A stretch of DNA of 64,000 nucleotides, taken from contig NC_043015.1 in assembly GCF_006345805.1 (NCBI RefSeq), positions 48,422,001-48,486,000 on the forward strand, read 5' to 3'. Of this stretch, positions 52,721-64,000 are shown in pieces. Below the pieces are notes generated by a model. That model did not search any database and was not told the origin of the DNA. It saw nothing but the letters and a program-made list of their open reading frames with translations. Numbering within the stretch: position 1 is the first letter of the stretch; the number at the start of each line of letters is the position of its first letter. Both the position numbers and the translations under genes were made by a program. This stretch comes from Octopus sinensis (taxonomy: Eukaryota).

Positions 52721-53486
52721 TTGTCTGTATTAATGTTTGTTTTTATGTTGAGTTATAATAAAAACAATTTTACGTTAAACGAAAGGATTACTCAATACTT
52801 TTTGAAGAGACCATATCCATTATTCTTTACCAAGAATAGTGTTGACAGTGCTATGAAGCCCAATGAAGGCTAAGCAAGCCGAAGCTTCGAAGTCACTATC
52901 AACATTCTTGCTAAAGACTAATCTCTGTGTGTGTGTGTGTGTGTGTCTGATTGTCAGAGACGAGAAAAGTATTTAGGTTTTTATTTTGTAAAATGCTCAC
53001 AGTAGAAGCATCATTGTGGAATGTCTTTGCGCATTATAATATTAAATGATTTCAAATGAATAAATATGATAATGGACCTCTTTTTCTGAAATCACTTTCA
53101 TAAATAGAAATTTTAAAATTTTACTCTTGCACAAACACACACAGACATGTGAACTTTTTCCCATTTTTTCCCTAAAACCTTTGTGAAACTCGAGAAGGGA
53201 AGGTTTTCATAAAATGTACAGAAGACTCAACAGGTGATCAAATGGGTAGACATCTAGAATGACATCTGAGCGAGAATACATGAATAATATCCAGAGAGCC
53301 AGGGTCATTTTAGAAGAGGGATATACCATCAGTTCAATTTTGTGTTTGTGTGTGTGTACATACATAGATCGTACAAGCATGCATGTGTGTCTATGTATGT
53401 ATATATATATATAATTGTTGTATTTAGGAATGGTCATTTTGCCAGTTTAGCCAAAAATCTTGCAAAACAAATATATAAACGTGTAT

Positions 53487-53568
<82 letters not shown>

Positions 53569-53876
53569 ATATATATGGGGAAGGAATCTGATATAAAGAG
53601 AAAGCTAGAAAATACTGAGAAGAGAAGAAAATTGTTTCAACTTTGTCCAATATGAAAGATAGTTTAGTTTATTTTCGTGCTTTTGAAATAAGTTTTGAGT
53701 GCGATGAAGAAATAATGTGTCTTTACCTATAAATTGTTTATAATAGCAACAGCGATATATAAAAAACAATGTTAGCTTTGATATTTTTTTATGAATAATT
53801 ATTTAAAATTATGTAAAGGATAAAAAAGATCCATTTGTAGTAAATTCGTCGTCTTCAGTTTGACTATAATGATACC

Positions 53877-53907
<31 letters not shown>

Positions 53908-53934
53908 GTAATAGTAATAGTAATAATAATAATA

Positions 53935-53983
<49 letters not shown>

Positions 53984-54091
53984 GCAATTATTTTGGCATG
54001 AATGTCATTTAATTTTGACATGAATTTCACTTATCTCAGATCGCTTGAAGTGTGATTGGGTAAATGAAAGGTGGGTAAAATTGCAACTAAC

Positions 54092-54712
54092 CTGCAGGGG
54101 GGTACGTTTTCCACGTGGTTCGTACAGATTAATTTCAGCACCCATTGCAATCAACAAGTTGACAACACTTTTACGTATGTCGGTAGATTCGATGTCCCTG
54201 GAGATGATGACGCTCATCAGAGGTGTAAAACCGTATTGGTTGATCGCATTCACGCGTGCATTGTATTGAAACAATATATCCATAAAGTCCAGCATACCGT
54301 TGAGGGCAGCGAAATGCAGACAAGTGTCTCCATACTTATCGGAATCATTTATTAATTCTGGCCGATAATCCAACATGATTTTGGCCACTTCTGTCCGTCC
54401 AGCTAAAATACAAAACATTAGCGGAGTTTGACCCCAATTGTCCCGTGCGGACAAATTGGTGTTTCTGTCTAGCAAGATATTAACTAATTCTTTTTTACCT
54501 TTTTCACAGCAAACATGCAAAAGTGATTTGGTGCTAATGTTTGCTTCGTCAATGAAGAACGAATCCACATCGCAACCCCTGTCTAATAATTCTACAAATC
54601 GCTCGATATTCCCCTCATCGACAGCTTTATATAATTCCCACTCCATGTTTTCCAAAATTGGATCGTTGCTCCTTTGTTCGTCTTCCGAATCTGCAGCAAA
54701 TTCTTCTTCCAT
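54092..54712 (-). CDS. ASB-type ankyrin/SOCS-box gene, alternative first coding exon A (207 codons, about 5 ankyrin repeats plus the start of a 6th)
   Basis: Intact ORF MEEEFAADSED...WGQTPLMFCI...GDTCLHFAA...GFTPLM...RTPLQ. It ends at the phase-0 donor CAG|GTTAGT (GT at 54091), and the reading joins TPLQ|LAVLTKH of exon C. Confidence 0.85.
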
Positions 54713-54879
54713 GATTTAATCTTATTTGAAGAGAAGGATTTAATGCAAAGAAACCATGAGCAAAACTTACAAGAATTGTTTATATATATACAAAATATTA
54801 TTACTTTCTGCTAAACTAAAAACCATCAGCTGCTCCTTCTGCCCGAGACTACCTTCTACTAAGGAAACGGCACTAAGTC

Positions 54880-55215
54880 TTCAGTTTCATTCTGTCTTTT
54901 TCTTTTCTCTTATGGTGGTGGCGGGGTGTGCGGCTGCGGCGGCTTCAGTGGGGGTGGCAGCGATGGCGGGGAAATGATGAGAGAGAACACAAAAAAAAAA
55001 AAACGGCGACTATCGTCGAGTGACTGCTGTTAGGAAGAGATGCACAATGTGCTGTGAGATTTTAAGAATCTGAGATCAAACCAACACAGACAACGTTATG
55101 TATATTTTCTGAGGAATATTAGTCGGTATTTTTACTCGTATTCTGGAAGCATTTCAACAAATGCCTGTTTTTAGAAATAAGTTTTTTTTTCACAATTTCG
55201 CGCCGCGAATATTTT
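54880..55215 (-). promoter_or_regulatory. GC/CpG-rich putative promoter or 5' leader upstream of exon A
   Basis: GC-rich tract ggtggcggggtgtgcggctgcggcgg (about 54915-54972) and TTTCGCGCCGCGAA (about 55196-55209, E2F-like) in otherwise AT-rich DNA, 200-500 bp upstream of the exon A ATG. Confidence 0.45.
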
Positions 55216-55859
55216 GGAGATTCTGTTCTCCATCATATGAAATATTTCACGTATTAATAGGTCTTACAGCAGACTAAAACTCAGATTAATTCCTTTGTTA
55301 AGGCATTTCTGCTGAAATTCACTGTATTTGTTCCTCCAAATTTTGAAAACAGTCAAGAATTTAATTAAATAACTTTGCCCATTAATAAGAAGGTGATTAA
55401 CATAAAAATTTGATGTAAGTTTTTGATATAAATCGTTTCAAAGCAGTAAAATTTGTATCATAAAACGAAAGACAATCTTGGGCAGATTGATAGCAAAAGG
55501 GTTAAAGCAAATAATTTTATCAATGACTTAGAGACGTCATCTGCACGGAAATGAATAGTTAATTTGCTATTGTATTTACTGCCAGGAAAACGAACAATTC
55601 AAGTTGGTATGATCATGCAGCGAAGGAAAACATTATTAGTCAACAATTAGTAAATATTGGTTTCAAAATTTGGCACAAAGCCAGCAATTTCGGGAGAAAG
55701 GGCAAGTCGATTTCATGACCCCAGTGCCCAACTAGTACTTATTTTATCAATTCCAAAAGGATGAAAGGTAAGGTCGACCTCGATGCGATTTGAACTCAGA
55801 ATGTAAAGATGGATAAAATGCCGCTAAGCATTTTGCCCAGCGTGCTAACGATTCTTTTT

Positions 55860-56405
55860 CTACTCAAGCCACAAGACCCGAAATTTGGGTGATTAGATCG
55901 ACTCCAGTACATAACTGGTACTTAATTTATCGACCCCGAGAGGATGAAAAGCAAAGTCGACCTCGGCGGAATTTGAACTCAGAGAGTAACGGCAGACGAA
56001 ATACATATTTCTTTACTACCCACAAGGGGCTAAACACAGAGGAGAGAAACACGGACAGACAGACACATTAAATCGATTATATCCACCCCAGTGCGTAACT
56101 GGTACTTAATTTATCGACCCCGAAAGGATGAAAGGCAAAGTCGACCTCGGCGGAATTTGAACTCAGAACGTAACGGCAGACGAAATACCTATTTCTTTAC
56201 TATCCACAAGGGACTAAACACAGAGGGGACAAACAAGGACAGACAAACGGATTAAGTCGATTATATCCACCCCAGTACGTAACTGGTACTTAATTTATCG
56301 ACCCCGAAAGGATGAAAGGCAAAGTCGACCTCGGCGGAATTTGAACCCAGGACGTAACGGCAGATAAAATACGGCTACGCTAACGTTTCTGCCAGCTCGC
56401 CGCCT
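55860..56405 (-). repeat. Tandem array of three SINE-B bodies (period about 180 bp) with one head
   Basis: gtcgacctcggcggaatttgaactcag recurs at about 55957, 56141 and 56323. The head CTGCCAGCTCGCCGCC occurs only at about 56390-56404. Confidence 0.85.
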
Positions 56406-57203
56406 TTAATAGTTAATAGATATTGATTTCAAGTGGAGGTACATGGTCTAGTGGTTAGAGCAGCGGGATCGTGGTCGAGGGATCGCATCTCAGACCGGGC
56501 GTTTATGTGTGTTTATGAGCGAAACACCGAAGCCCCACGCGGCTCTGGCAGAAGGTAATGAACTTCTGCTAACTCTTTCGCCACAACTCCTGAAAGCAAT
56601 AAAAAAAATGGCTGTGGGTGTTGGGACTTATCTGTTTTCCCTTTTAGATCAACCACTATCAAATATTGTACATTTACTCAGCACTTCAGCAACTACAGTG
56701 AAGTTTATGTTTAGCTGATGAAATCCTCATAAGACCAAAATGTATTTGGAGTTATCCCCCCTACATCCCAAAATAAAATAATTTTAGTCACTGACATATA
56801 TTATTTCCTCACTATATTAGTTAATTTTCTTTTAAATTTTCAATGATTCTGGCATTAGAATTTATTTTAATCAATATTGATTGGTTTAGAGATAATTGTT
56901 TGAAAATATATGACAAGATAAAAACAACTATTAATAAAGGTTTTTAACATAAATACAAGTCGTATAAGGTTAGTAAATTGAATGATTTATAGTGCTTGAC
57001 TTGTAACCACAAGCGTAGCTAAGCGGGGCAGTTGGGGCGGCACTTTTGGGTTTGCTGTAGGCGATGTGTGTTTTTTGTGGGGTCCGGGGGCGGCAAACGG
57101 AAGGGCCGCCTCGGGCGGCACACACTCTAGCTACACTAGTGTTGGTAACCTATTTTGTCGACCGCTGGAAGGAATGAAAAGCAAAACTAACGTTAGGAAG
57201 ATT

Positions 57204-57601
57204 GGATCTTTTCGGTTTGAACGGCAGTTTTTCTAGCAGTGTCATATGAAATTGTCACCCATAATTATGACCCTAGTATCGATCTGTTTTAGGGTTAGGG
57301 TTAGGGGTGGGGGAAGGGTATATTTTTTTCTTCACAAATGTAAATAAACCCAATCTGTTACTTACACGAGGGACATATTCATACGGCACAGAATGATTTT
57401 TTTTTTACCTCAATAGACGTCAGTGATTGGTTGAAATTGCAGAAATTGAAAAAAAAAATATCATACAAACTATAGAATTTTCTCAATAAAGCCAAGAGAA
57501 AAAGATGTTTTATAAATACATTCTACCAGTATACGAAGTTTTAAAGTGTTTAGTTATGTGGAAATTATTTTAAAAAACTGCGGTTCAAACCGAAAAGATC
57601 C
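57204..57601. mobile_element. Merlin-like MITE related to 45695-46441
   Basis: TIR GGATCTTTTCGGTTTGAAC, exact 8-bp TSD GGAAGATT, internal TTAGGG repeats. Confidence 0.82.
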
Positions 57602-57922
57602 GGAAGATTTTAAATCAGAACGTTAAAAAATTTTTTTTAAAACAGGACAGCGCGAGGAATTTTATCCGAAATTCTATCGATTTTGCCATCCTAACTACTA
57701 CAATTAATAGTAATTTTTTAACGTTCATGAAAGTTACCAGTTTTCGTTTTTAGTACTAAAAAAGAATACTGCCGATTTAATAAAGTTCATAATTTTAGTA
57801 GCTCCTATATAGGGGAAGCTTAAACTTATAATGTAAAGGGGATATAACTGATCCGTGTTCAATGCCGTTAAATGGTTTCGTGAAAATAAATGAAAAGATC
57901 CAATATATTTAAATATTTTTTA

Positions 57923-58348
57923 GGCAATCTTTCGTCTCTAGTAGACCTTTCCGTCGATTTCCGTAAAAAAATTTTTTTTTTTACATATGGGCTTGCGGGA
58001 ACTTTTGAAGTAATGAGAGCGAAAGAGACTAAGAGACTAAGAGAAAGCGATTGTATGACGAGGGAAGTTCTTTTGAAGTTACCGTGCATGGCAAGCATTG
58101 ATGTACATGTGTGTGTGTGTGTTTGATGGGGTGTGGGAGACAGACTGTATGTTGTGTAAGTGAAGTGCTTCTGTTAGTGTGTGTGAAGAGACAGAGTAAT
58201 GTGTGAAAGAAAGAGATAACTGAAATTTTTTACTCGGTGTATGTGTATATGTATGTATATTACTTCAAAAGTTCCCGCAAGCCCATATGTAAAAAAAAAA
58301 TTTTTTACGGAAATCGACGGAAAGGTCTACTAGAGACGAAAGATCGCC
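57923..58348. mobile_element. Second GG-ended MITE family with about 90-bp TIRs and 8-bp TSD
   Basis: TIR GGC(A/G)ATCTTTCGTCTCTAGTAGACC...CTTTTGAAGTA and exact TSD ATTTTTTA. Confidence 0.82.
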
Positions 58349-59200
58349 ATTTTTTATATTGTTGAGCTTGTTTCATATAGTTTCATACAAAATACTATTA
58401 ATACCTTACCGTCTGATTAACCTTTTGCCTAACCTGTTCTGTACATCACATGTGATACTCAGGGCATATTTTCCTGGCGTCCATGCATCATATTATGATA
58501 CACATTTCCATTGTTTTTTGACCACCAAAGTAATTTGTGGCTTACGAAAAGAAAGCTTTGTGTAACTCAGAACAACTGGAACGATAATTAACTAAGTCTT
58601 AAAACATGCATGGACGTTTAAGACGAACTGATGGAAATACTTTGGACAAGCAAAAGGTTAATAAGTTAACTCCCACTAGAGGTTTAAATATTGACTGACG
58701 AACCGAATCTCCTGGTCGGGATATTAGATGTGTGTTTTCAAAATGAGGGAAACTATTTAGAGATCAAATATATTGCAGAGGGTGAAATGTTCAACCCCAA
58801 AAACTATCTAAAATATTATATTACAGAGACATAGGATGAGAATCAGTCGACATAGAAGGTAAGCTTGATCCATCGCTCAGTTTGGTACTGCCAATTAGCC
58901 CTTAACATACCTTTAACCAAGCAGTCAAGACAAGTCCCCGATCAAAAGATGACATCGTCCTTCGTCCCACCAGCCTTGGAGCGTCTGAAAAAATATGGCT
59001 GCCATTGCATGTTCTCTTCTCACTAAGCAATAAACAAAATCCTAAAACAACTGCCATTATCTCTCCTTGAAGGTAAATGACTTAAGCCGGGATGCTAGAT
59101 CTATGTTCTCTGGTGGTAGGATTAAACTTCGGTGTTGTAAATTGAAAATATATTGGGTTAAGATTCAAGCTTTATCTCTATTAGCTTGTTTTATGTAAAA

Positions 59201-60010
59201 CTAGCAGTATAACCCGGCCTTGTTCGGGATTAAGTTACGATTATTAAGCTTATCAAGTTCTTTATTTCAAACAAAACTAATATCAACTCTCAACAAAACA
59301 CTTTTTTACTCGGCGTAAAATAAAAACAAAACTCTTTCGCACCTAAAGTAATGGGTGTGCGAGAGAGAGTGGGGGAGGATGAACGATTTAAAATAAATAT
59401 ATTGTAATTGTTGTGTGAGAAAGTATATATACTATGATTATAAAATATAGTGTCTTTCAAAAACATCCTGAATTTGAATACTATATCTCGTGTTTAAGAA
59501 AAAATAAAATATTTTACATTTTATTTTTTATGAACGTCGTCACTTACTCTCTTTCTCTCTCTCCCTCTCCCTATCTCTCATTTTGTCTTTCCCTTTTTTT
59601 GTTTAGACGCCGTGAAACTCTTCCACCTTTCTTTATCTTCTTTTTTTTGTTAGACGCCGTCAAAAAGCTATGGCTGAAAATAGATTCTTATGAATGTCGT
59701 CACTTACTCTTACTCTCTCCTTCTCTCACTTTGTCTTTCCCGTGAAACTCTCTGCCCCTCTTCCACTTTTCTTTATCTTATTTTTTTTGTTAGACGCCGT
59801 CAAAAAGCTGTGGCTGATATTTTTTATGGCTAAAAGCTATGGCTGAAAATAGAATTTTACCGCTATCCACGGGTGCCTCGAGAAAAAAATAAGTTGACAA
59901 ACCCAGATAGGGTTTTGACGAATGTCCTAAAATTTGAGCGACATGCGTGAATGTGCATAAACTACAATCACACACACACACACACACATCTTGCCTTATA
60001 TATATACAGA
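59201..60010 (-). mobile_element. Non-autonomous Helitron-like element (about 810 bp) with internal tandem repeats
   Basis: The minus strand starts A|TCTGTATATATAT and ends CCCGAACAAGGCCGGGTTATACTGCTAG|T. Confidence 0.75.
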
Positions 60011-60113
60011 TATAACAAATAACTGATAATATTGAATAAAGAAAATTTTGCATATACTAGAAGAAATGCCACCCACTTTATGCAATATTTATATTACCTT
60101 CTGGTATATACAG

Positions 60114-60316
60114 GGCCAAATTGTCCAATGGGTGATTTCCTAACTTGTAAAGAAAGATCAGAATCTAATAAAGGCAATGTTTCATTTTATGGTCGAGAAA
60201 GTGAAGCCATTGAATTGAACAGCGATTGTCATTTGCCGGAAAATGAAAGAATTATTTGCTTTGAAACTAACAATTCATTTCAGATATATATGATGGACTC
60301 TCCTGTAGAAGACGAC
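60114..60316 (+). CDS. Candidate orphan internal exon (68 codons) of an unidentified plus-strand gene
   Basis: tatacag|GG acceptor and GAC|GTATGA donor. Open frame GPNCPMGDFLTCKE...DCHLPENERIICFETNNSF... in non-repeat DNA. No family recognised. Confidence 0.25.
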
Positions 60317-60799
60317 GTATGAGCGTTCAGCTTTTGCCGAATGACCTGCACAAATGATTTGTTCATAGTGATCAAATATATGGGCCTTACATTATTTCGC
60401 TCTCTTCACCAAATGGACATTGTCTGGACAGGTACAGATGTACCATGTACCAGATGTCGAAGTGATCGCAGAGCAACGTGAAGTGAAGTGTTTTGCTCAA
60501 GACCACAACGCACCACTCGCTCTAGGAATTGAAAAACACGATCGCTAGATCATGAGTGCAACACCCTAACCAGTGAGCTTCTATATTCTTTTAATTGTTT
60601 CAGTCATTTGACTGCAGCCATGCTGGAGCACCGCTTTGAAGGGTTTGGTCGAACAAACGAACTCAGAACTTATTTGTTAATGCCTAGTACTTATTCTATC
60701 GGTCTCTTTCTTCCGAACCGCTAAGTTACGGGGACGTAAACACACCAACACCAGTCGTGAAGTGGTAATGGTGGGGTGGGGAACAAACACAGACACGAC

Positions 60800-60830
<31 letters not shown>

Positions 60831-61226
60831 TGGGCTTTCAGTTTCCATCTACCAAACGCACTCACAATGCTTTGGTTGGCCTGACGCTATAGTAGAAGAC
60901 ACTTTCCCAGCGTACTACACAGTGGGACTGAACCTGGAACCATGTGTTTGGGAAGCAAGCTTTTTACCACACAGCCATGCTGATGCTCAGGAAAAATGGA
61001 TGAGTTTTTGATGTTTCGAACCTTTGCTCTTATACAGAACGGAATAAGGAAAGAAAACAATGGGGAAGGGAAAGAAAGCAGAGAGAGAAAAAAACGTGTC
61101 TGGATTAACGGCTTCACATATGTATGTAAAGGGAAAGTTTACGAAAATAAACAAAGGATGAAGGCAGGTGGAGTACAAACAAACAAATGTATTAGTATAG
61201 CGCTCAGGAATAGAAAAAGGAAAAGT

Positions 61227-61262
61227 CTTTTACGTTTCGAGCCTACGCTCTTCGACAGAAAG
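61227..61262 (-). ncRNA. Variant minimal hammerhead motif (A6U) in a Penelope-like terminal repeat
   Basis: CTTT-CTGTCGA-A-GAGC(GTAG)GCTC-GAAA-CG-TA-AAAG. Confidence 0.45.
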
Positions 61263-62362
61263 ATACACAGAAAAAAAGCAAGGAGAGAAACACGGAGAGA
61301 AAAAAATGCGTGTAGGAGCTAACGATCTATCATGGCATTCTATGTATGTATGTATGTATGTATGTATGTATGTATGTATGTATGTATGTATGTGTGTATG
61401 TATGTACACGTATGTGTGCATGTATGCATGTGTGTATCACAAAGTATGATAAACACTAGACATTTTTGTTTCCTATGTGTATTTTACCATTGTGGTCATT
61501 CGCATCCTCTGAGGTTTGGATGCTGAACTTCAACAGTTCTTCAGAGGAACACCTTATTGCATTATATTTATACAGACCAAATGTTTGTTGTTCAGCATCC
61601 AATTGCACTTAGGACACTCACTACAGAGGATGCTTTAACCACAGTGGTAAAACATACATTGGGAAGAAACAATATAAACTGCAGCTAGTGTTTGTAGCGT
61701 AGAATCTACATATATATGCATTCGAACGTAGCAGGGCCCAACTGGCCTTCAGCCGCTGTTTGTATCCCGTTGTGTCCACTACTCCAATTGGTTGGTATTG
61801 GCGCAATTTGTCTCTTACTCTGTAATGCCAGGTGACTGCAGATAGCGACTTTAGACAGCATCACATGAACAACCTTTTTCGAACCCTATTTTGAGCCTAC
61901 TCCTTTCTATAAAAACCCAGTTTTTTACTCATTATACATCTTTGGTTTCAGACCTTTTAAGGTCTAACCACTAACCACACAGCTAGTTCCAGCAACAACA
62001 CCACAGCAGTCACGTTGAGACTTACCAACTCCGTCCAACAGCATTACGGCAACCTCCGTCTTTGTTGCCACCATCATCTTCTTAACATCGCCAACATCAT
62101 CTCTCTATGTATACAACTCAACAAGCAACTCACCCAGGTTCCAACACTTCTCTGTTTGTGAATTACTTCACCATTGATCAACAGTGAAGATACAACCTGC
62201 AAGAACTCCTGTACCAAGTGACCCAGGCAGCGGCATCACAGCCACAACTTCACCTACAATATGTACCTGTAACCAGCTCAGCATCATGACCGCAACTTCT
62301 TGATACAGTATTTCAACTACTATCTATCTATCTATCTATCTTTCTATCTATCTATCTATCTA

Positions 62363-62399
<37 letters not shown>

Positions 62400-62776
62400 T
62401 TATTTCACCATCTCTTGCTCATTCTCTCCCTCCCCCTCTCTCCTTCTCTCTTGTCTTTTTCTATCCAAACAGATTTTTAAACTCAATATTTACATGTTAT
62501 TGTTTACAGCTTTATTTACTTTAACTGGCATTGTTAAAAATCAAATTACTTCATATTCTTTTGAAGATCCTAAATTCTCAATTCTCACTGGTAAGAATAA
62601 AGCTTCTAAAATAGAGAAATCTGAAAGAATGCTTTGGTCTAATGGTAGAACATCCGTCATGTATACAAAACATGTGGATTTGTGTCTCAAGTGCAGCCTT
62701 TGACTTTTTCAATCCAACTGGGTTTTTAACCCAATATTTATATTCCAATATTTCTACCTTGAAAACGAATACATAC

Positions 62777-62813
<37 letters not shown>

Positions 62814-63017
62814 TGAGTAGTTGAATGAATTATCTTATTAAGGATAATTCGAATTAACTGATACCTGGGTAGCAAATTCACATCAGAAAAAACACGGTTG
62901 AAGTTACGTGCCTAGGGCATAGATTACGTGCTTTCGTGTGGAAATGTGTATGTTTATTTTAAAAATATAAATATATGAAAGAATGGAGCTGAACGACGAA
63001 TTAACAAAATTCCTTTA

Positions 63018-63100
63018 TTTTCGACATATGTTTCGAAGGCTGCATATTCCTAATTGCGAAGGAATAAGGAGTACATTATGCCGCTTTCTCATCAGGAAAA
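63018..63100 (-). ncRNA. Type I hammerhead ribozyme with intact core and extended stem II
   Basis: TTTTC-CTGATGA-GAAAGCGGCATA...TATGCAGCCTTC-GAAA-CATATGTC-GAAAA: stem I TTTTC/GAAAA, palindromic stem III ACATATGT and a GUC cleavage triplet. Confidence 0.75.
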
Positions 63101-64000
63101 GCAAGGAACTTATGTCAACATCAAAATGCACAAAAAACTTTTAGATGATTGCTCACACGGAGCCCATGGCGATAATGTATATATATATATACATAGCTTA
63201 TATTCATCATTAAAAATGAATACATATATACATAGCTTAAATTCTGCATTAATTTGAAGGATCTTATTACATCTAAGTAATTTGTTTATTATTCAATATA
63301 ATGATATAAATAGTTTCCATGTTTTTAAGTTATGAAACAATTTGTTGTAATATTAGAATTTTCATCAAACTAGTTCTCTGTCATTTATGACTTTATCACT
63401 CCATATCATTTTCTCTTTTCTCTTGTTTTGTACTATATACTCTTCGAGTTTGTAGAATGATACATTGAGAAGCTTTTTTAATGAGTACTAACAGATTACT
63501 TGAATCCATATAGTGTGACTTAAACATATATATATATATCTTTATATATATATATATACACATATTTTATTTTCTCTTTTTTTCAGTCATTAGACTGTGG
63601 CTGTGGCCATGTTGGGGCACTGCTTTGAAGGATTTTAGTTGAACAAATTGATCCCAGTTCTGAAGGTGATGGTATTGCCTAATCTCCTTCCTTCAAATTT
63701 GCTGGCCTTCTGCCTAAATAAGAAACCATTCTGTCACCGGCAAAGTATTTCCCACACCATAATAATTATTTATCCTAAAAAGGTGGCAAGCTGGCAGAAG
63801 CATTAGCATGCCAGGAAAAATGCTTAATCTCATTTCATCTGTCTTTATGTCCTGAGTTCAAATTCCATCAAGGTCAGCTTTGTCTTTCAGTCTTTCAGGG
63901 TCAATAAAATAAGTACCAGTCGAGTACTGGGGTGTGATGTAATCAACCAGCCCTACCCCTGCTCACCACAAAATTCCAGGTAGAAAGGATGAATATTATT

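Noticed and set aside
58780-59030. Additional variable ankyrin exon upstream of exon A
   Set aside because: No ankyrin motifs in the frames read. The plus-frame LALNIPL...KKYGCHC only weakly suggests a decayed gypsy integrase, too weak to list.

Overview
AT-rich, repeat-saturated eukaryotic DNA. The SINE, RTE and CR1 content looks like a coleoid cephalopod (Octopus-like), which is an inference. One protein-coding locus is well supported: a minus-strand ankyrin-repeat/SOCS-box (ASB-type) E3-ligase adaptor gene spanning about 18.8-54.7 kb. It has two paralogous, collinear, ATG-bearing ankyrin exons (A: 54712-54092; B: 48474-47926). Both end at the same phase-0 donor in the middle of an ankyrin repeat. 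Each can splice in frame onto one shared set of downstream exons (C: 32884-32566; D: 19216-18771, SOCS box), predicting 461-aa and 437-aa isoforms with different substrate-binding N-termini on a common SOCS box. This variable/constant layout is the headline finding. The rest of the window is tRNA-headed SINEs, RTE, CR1, Tx1 and Penelope fragments, mariner (DD34D), maT (DD37D), pogo and hAT fossils, TTAA, TA and 8-bp-TSD MITEs, non-autonomous Helitrons, a gypsy integrase fossil, a deleted tRNA-Asp pseudogene and microsatellites. Several hammerhead-ribozyme motifs are also present, one with an intact catalytic core at 63018-63100 on the minus strand. All calls were made by eye without database searches, and repeat boundaries are approximate unless TSDs are quoted.
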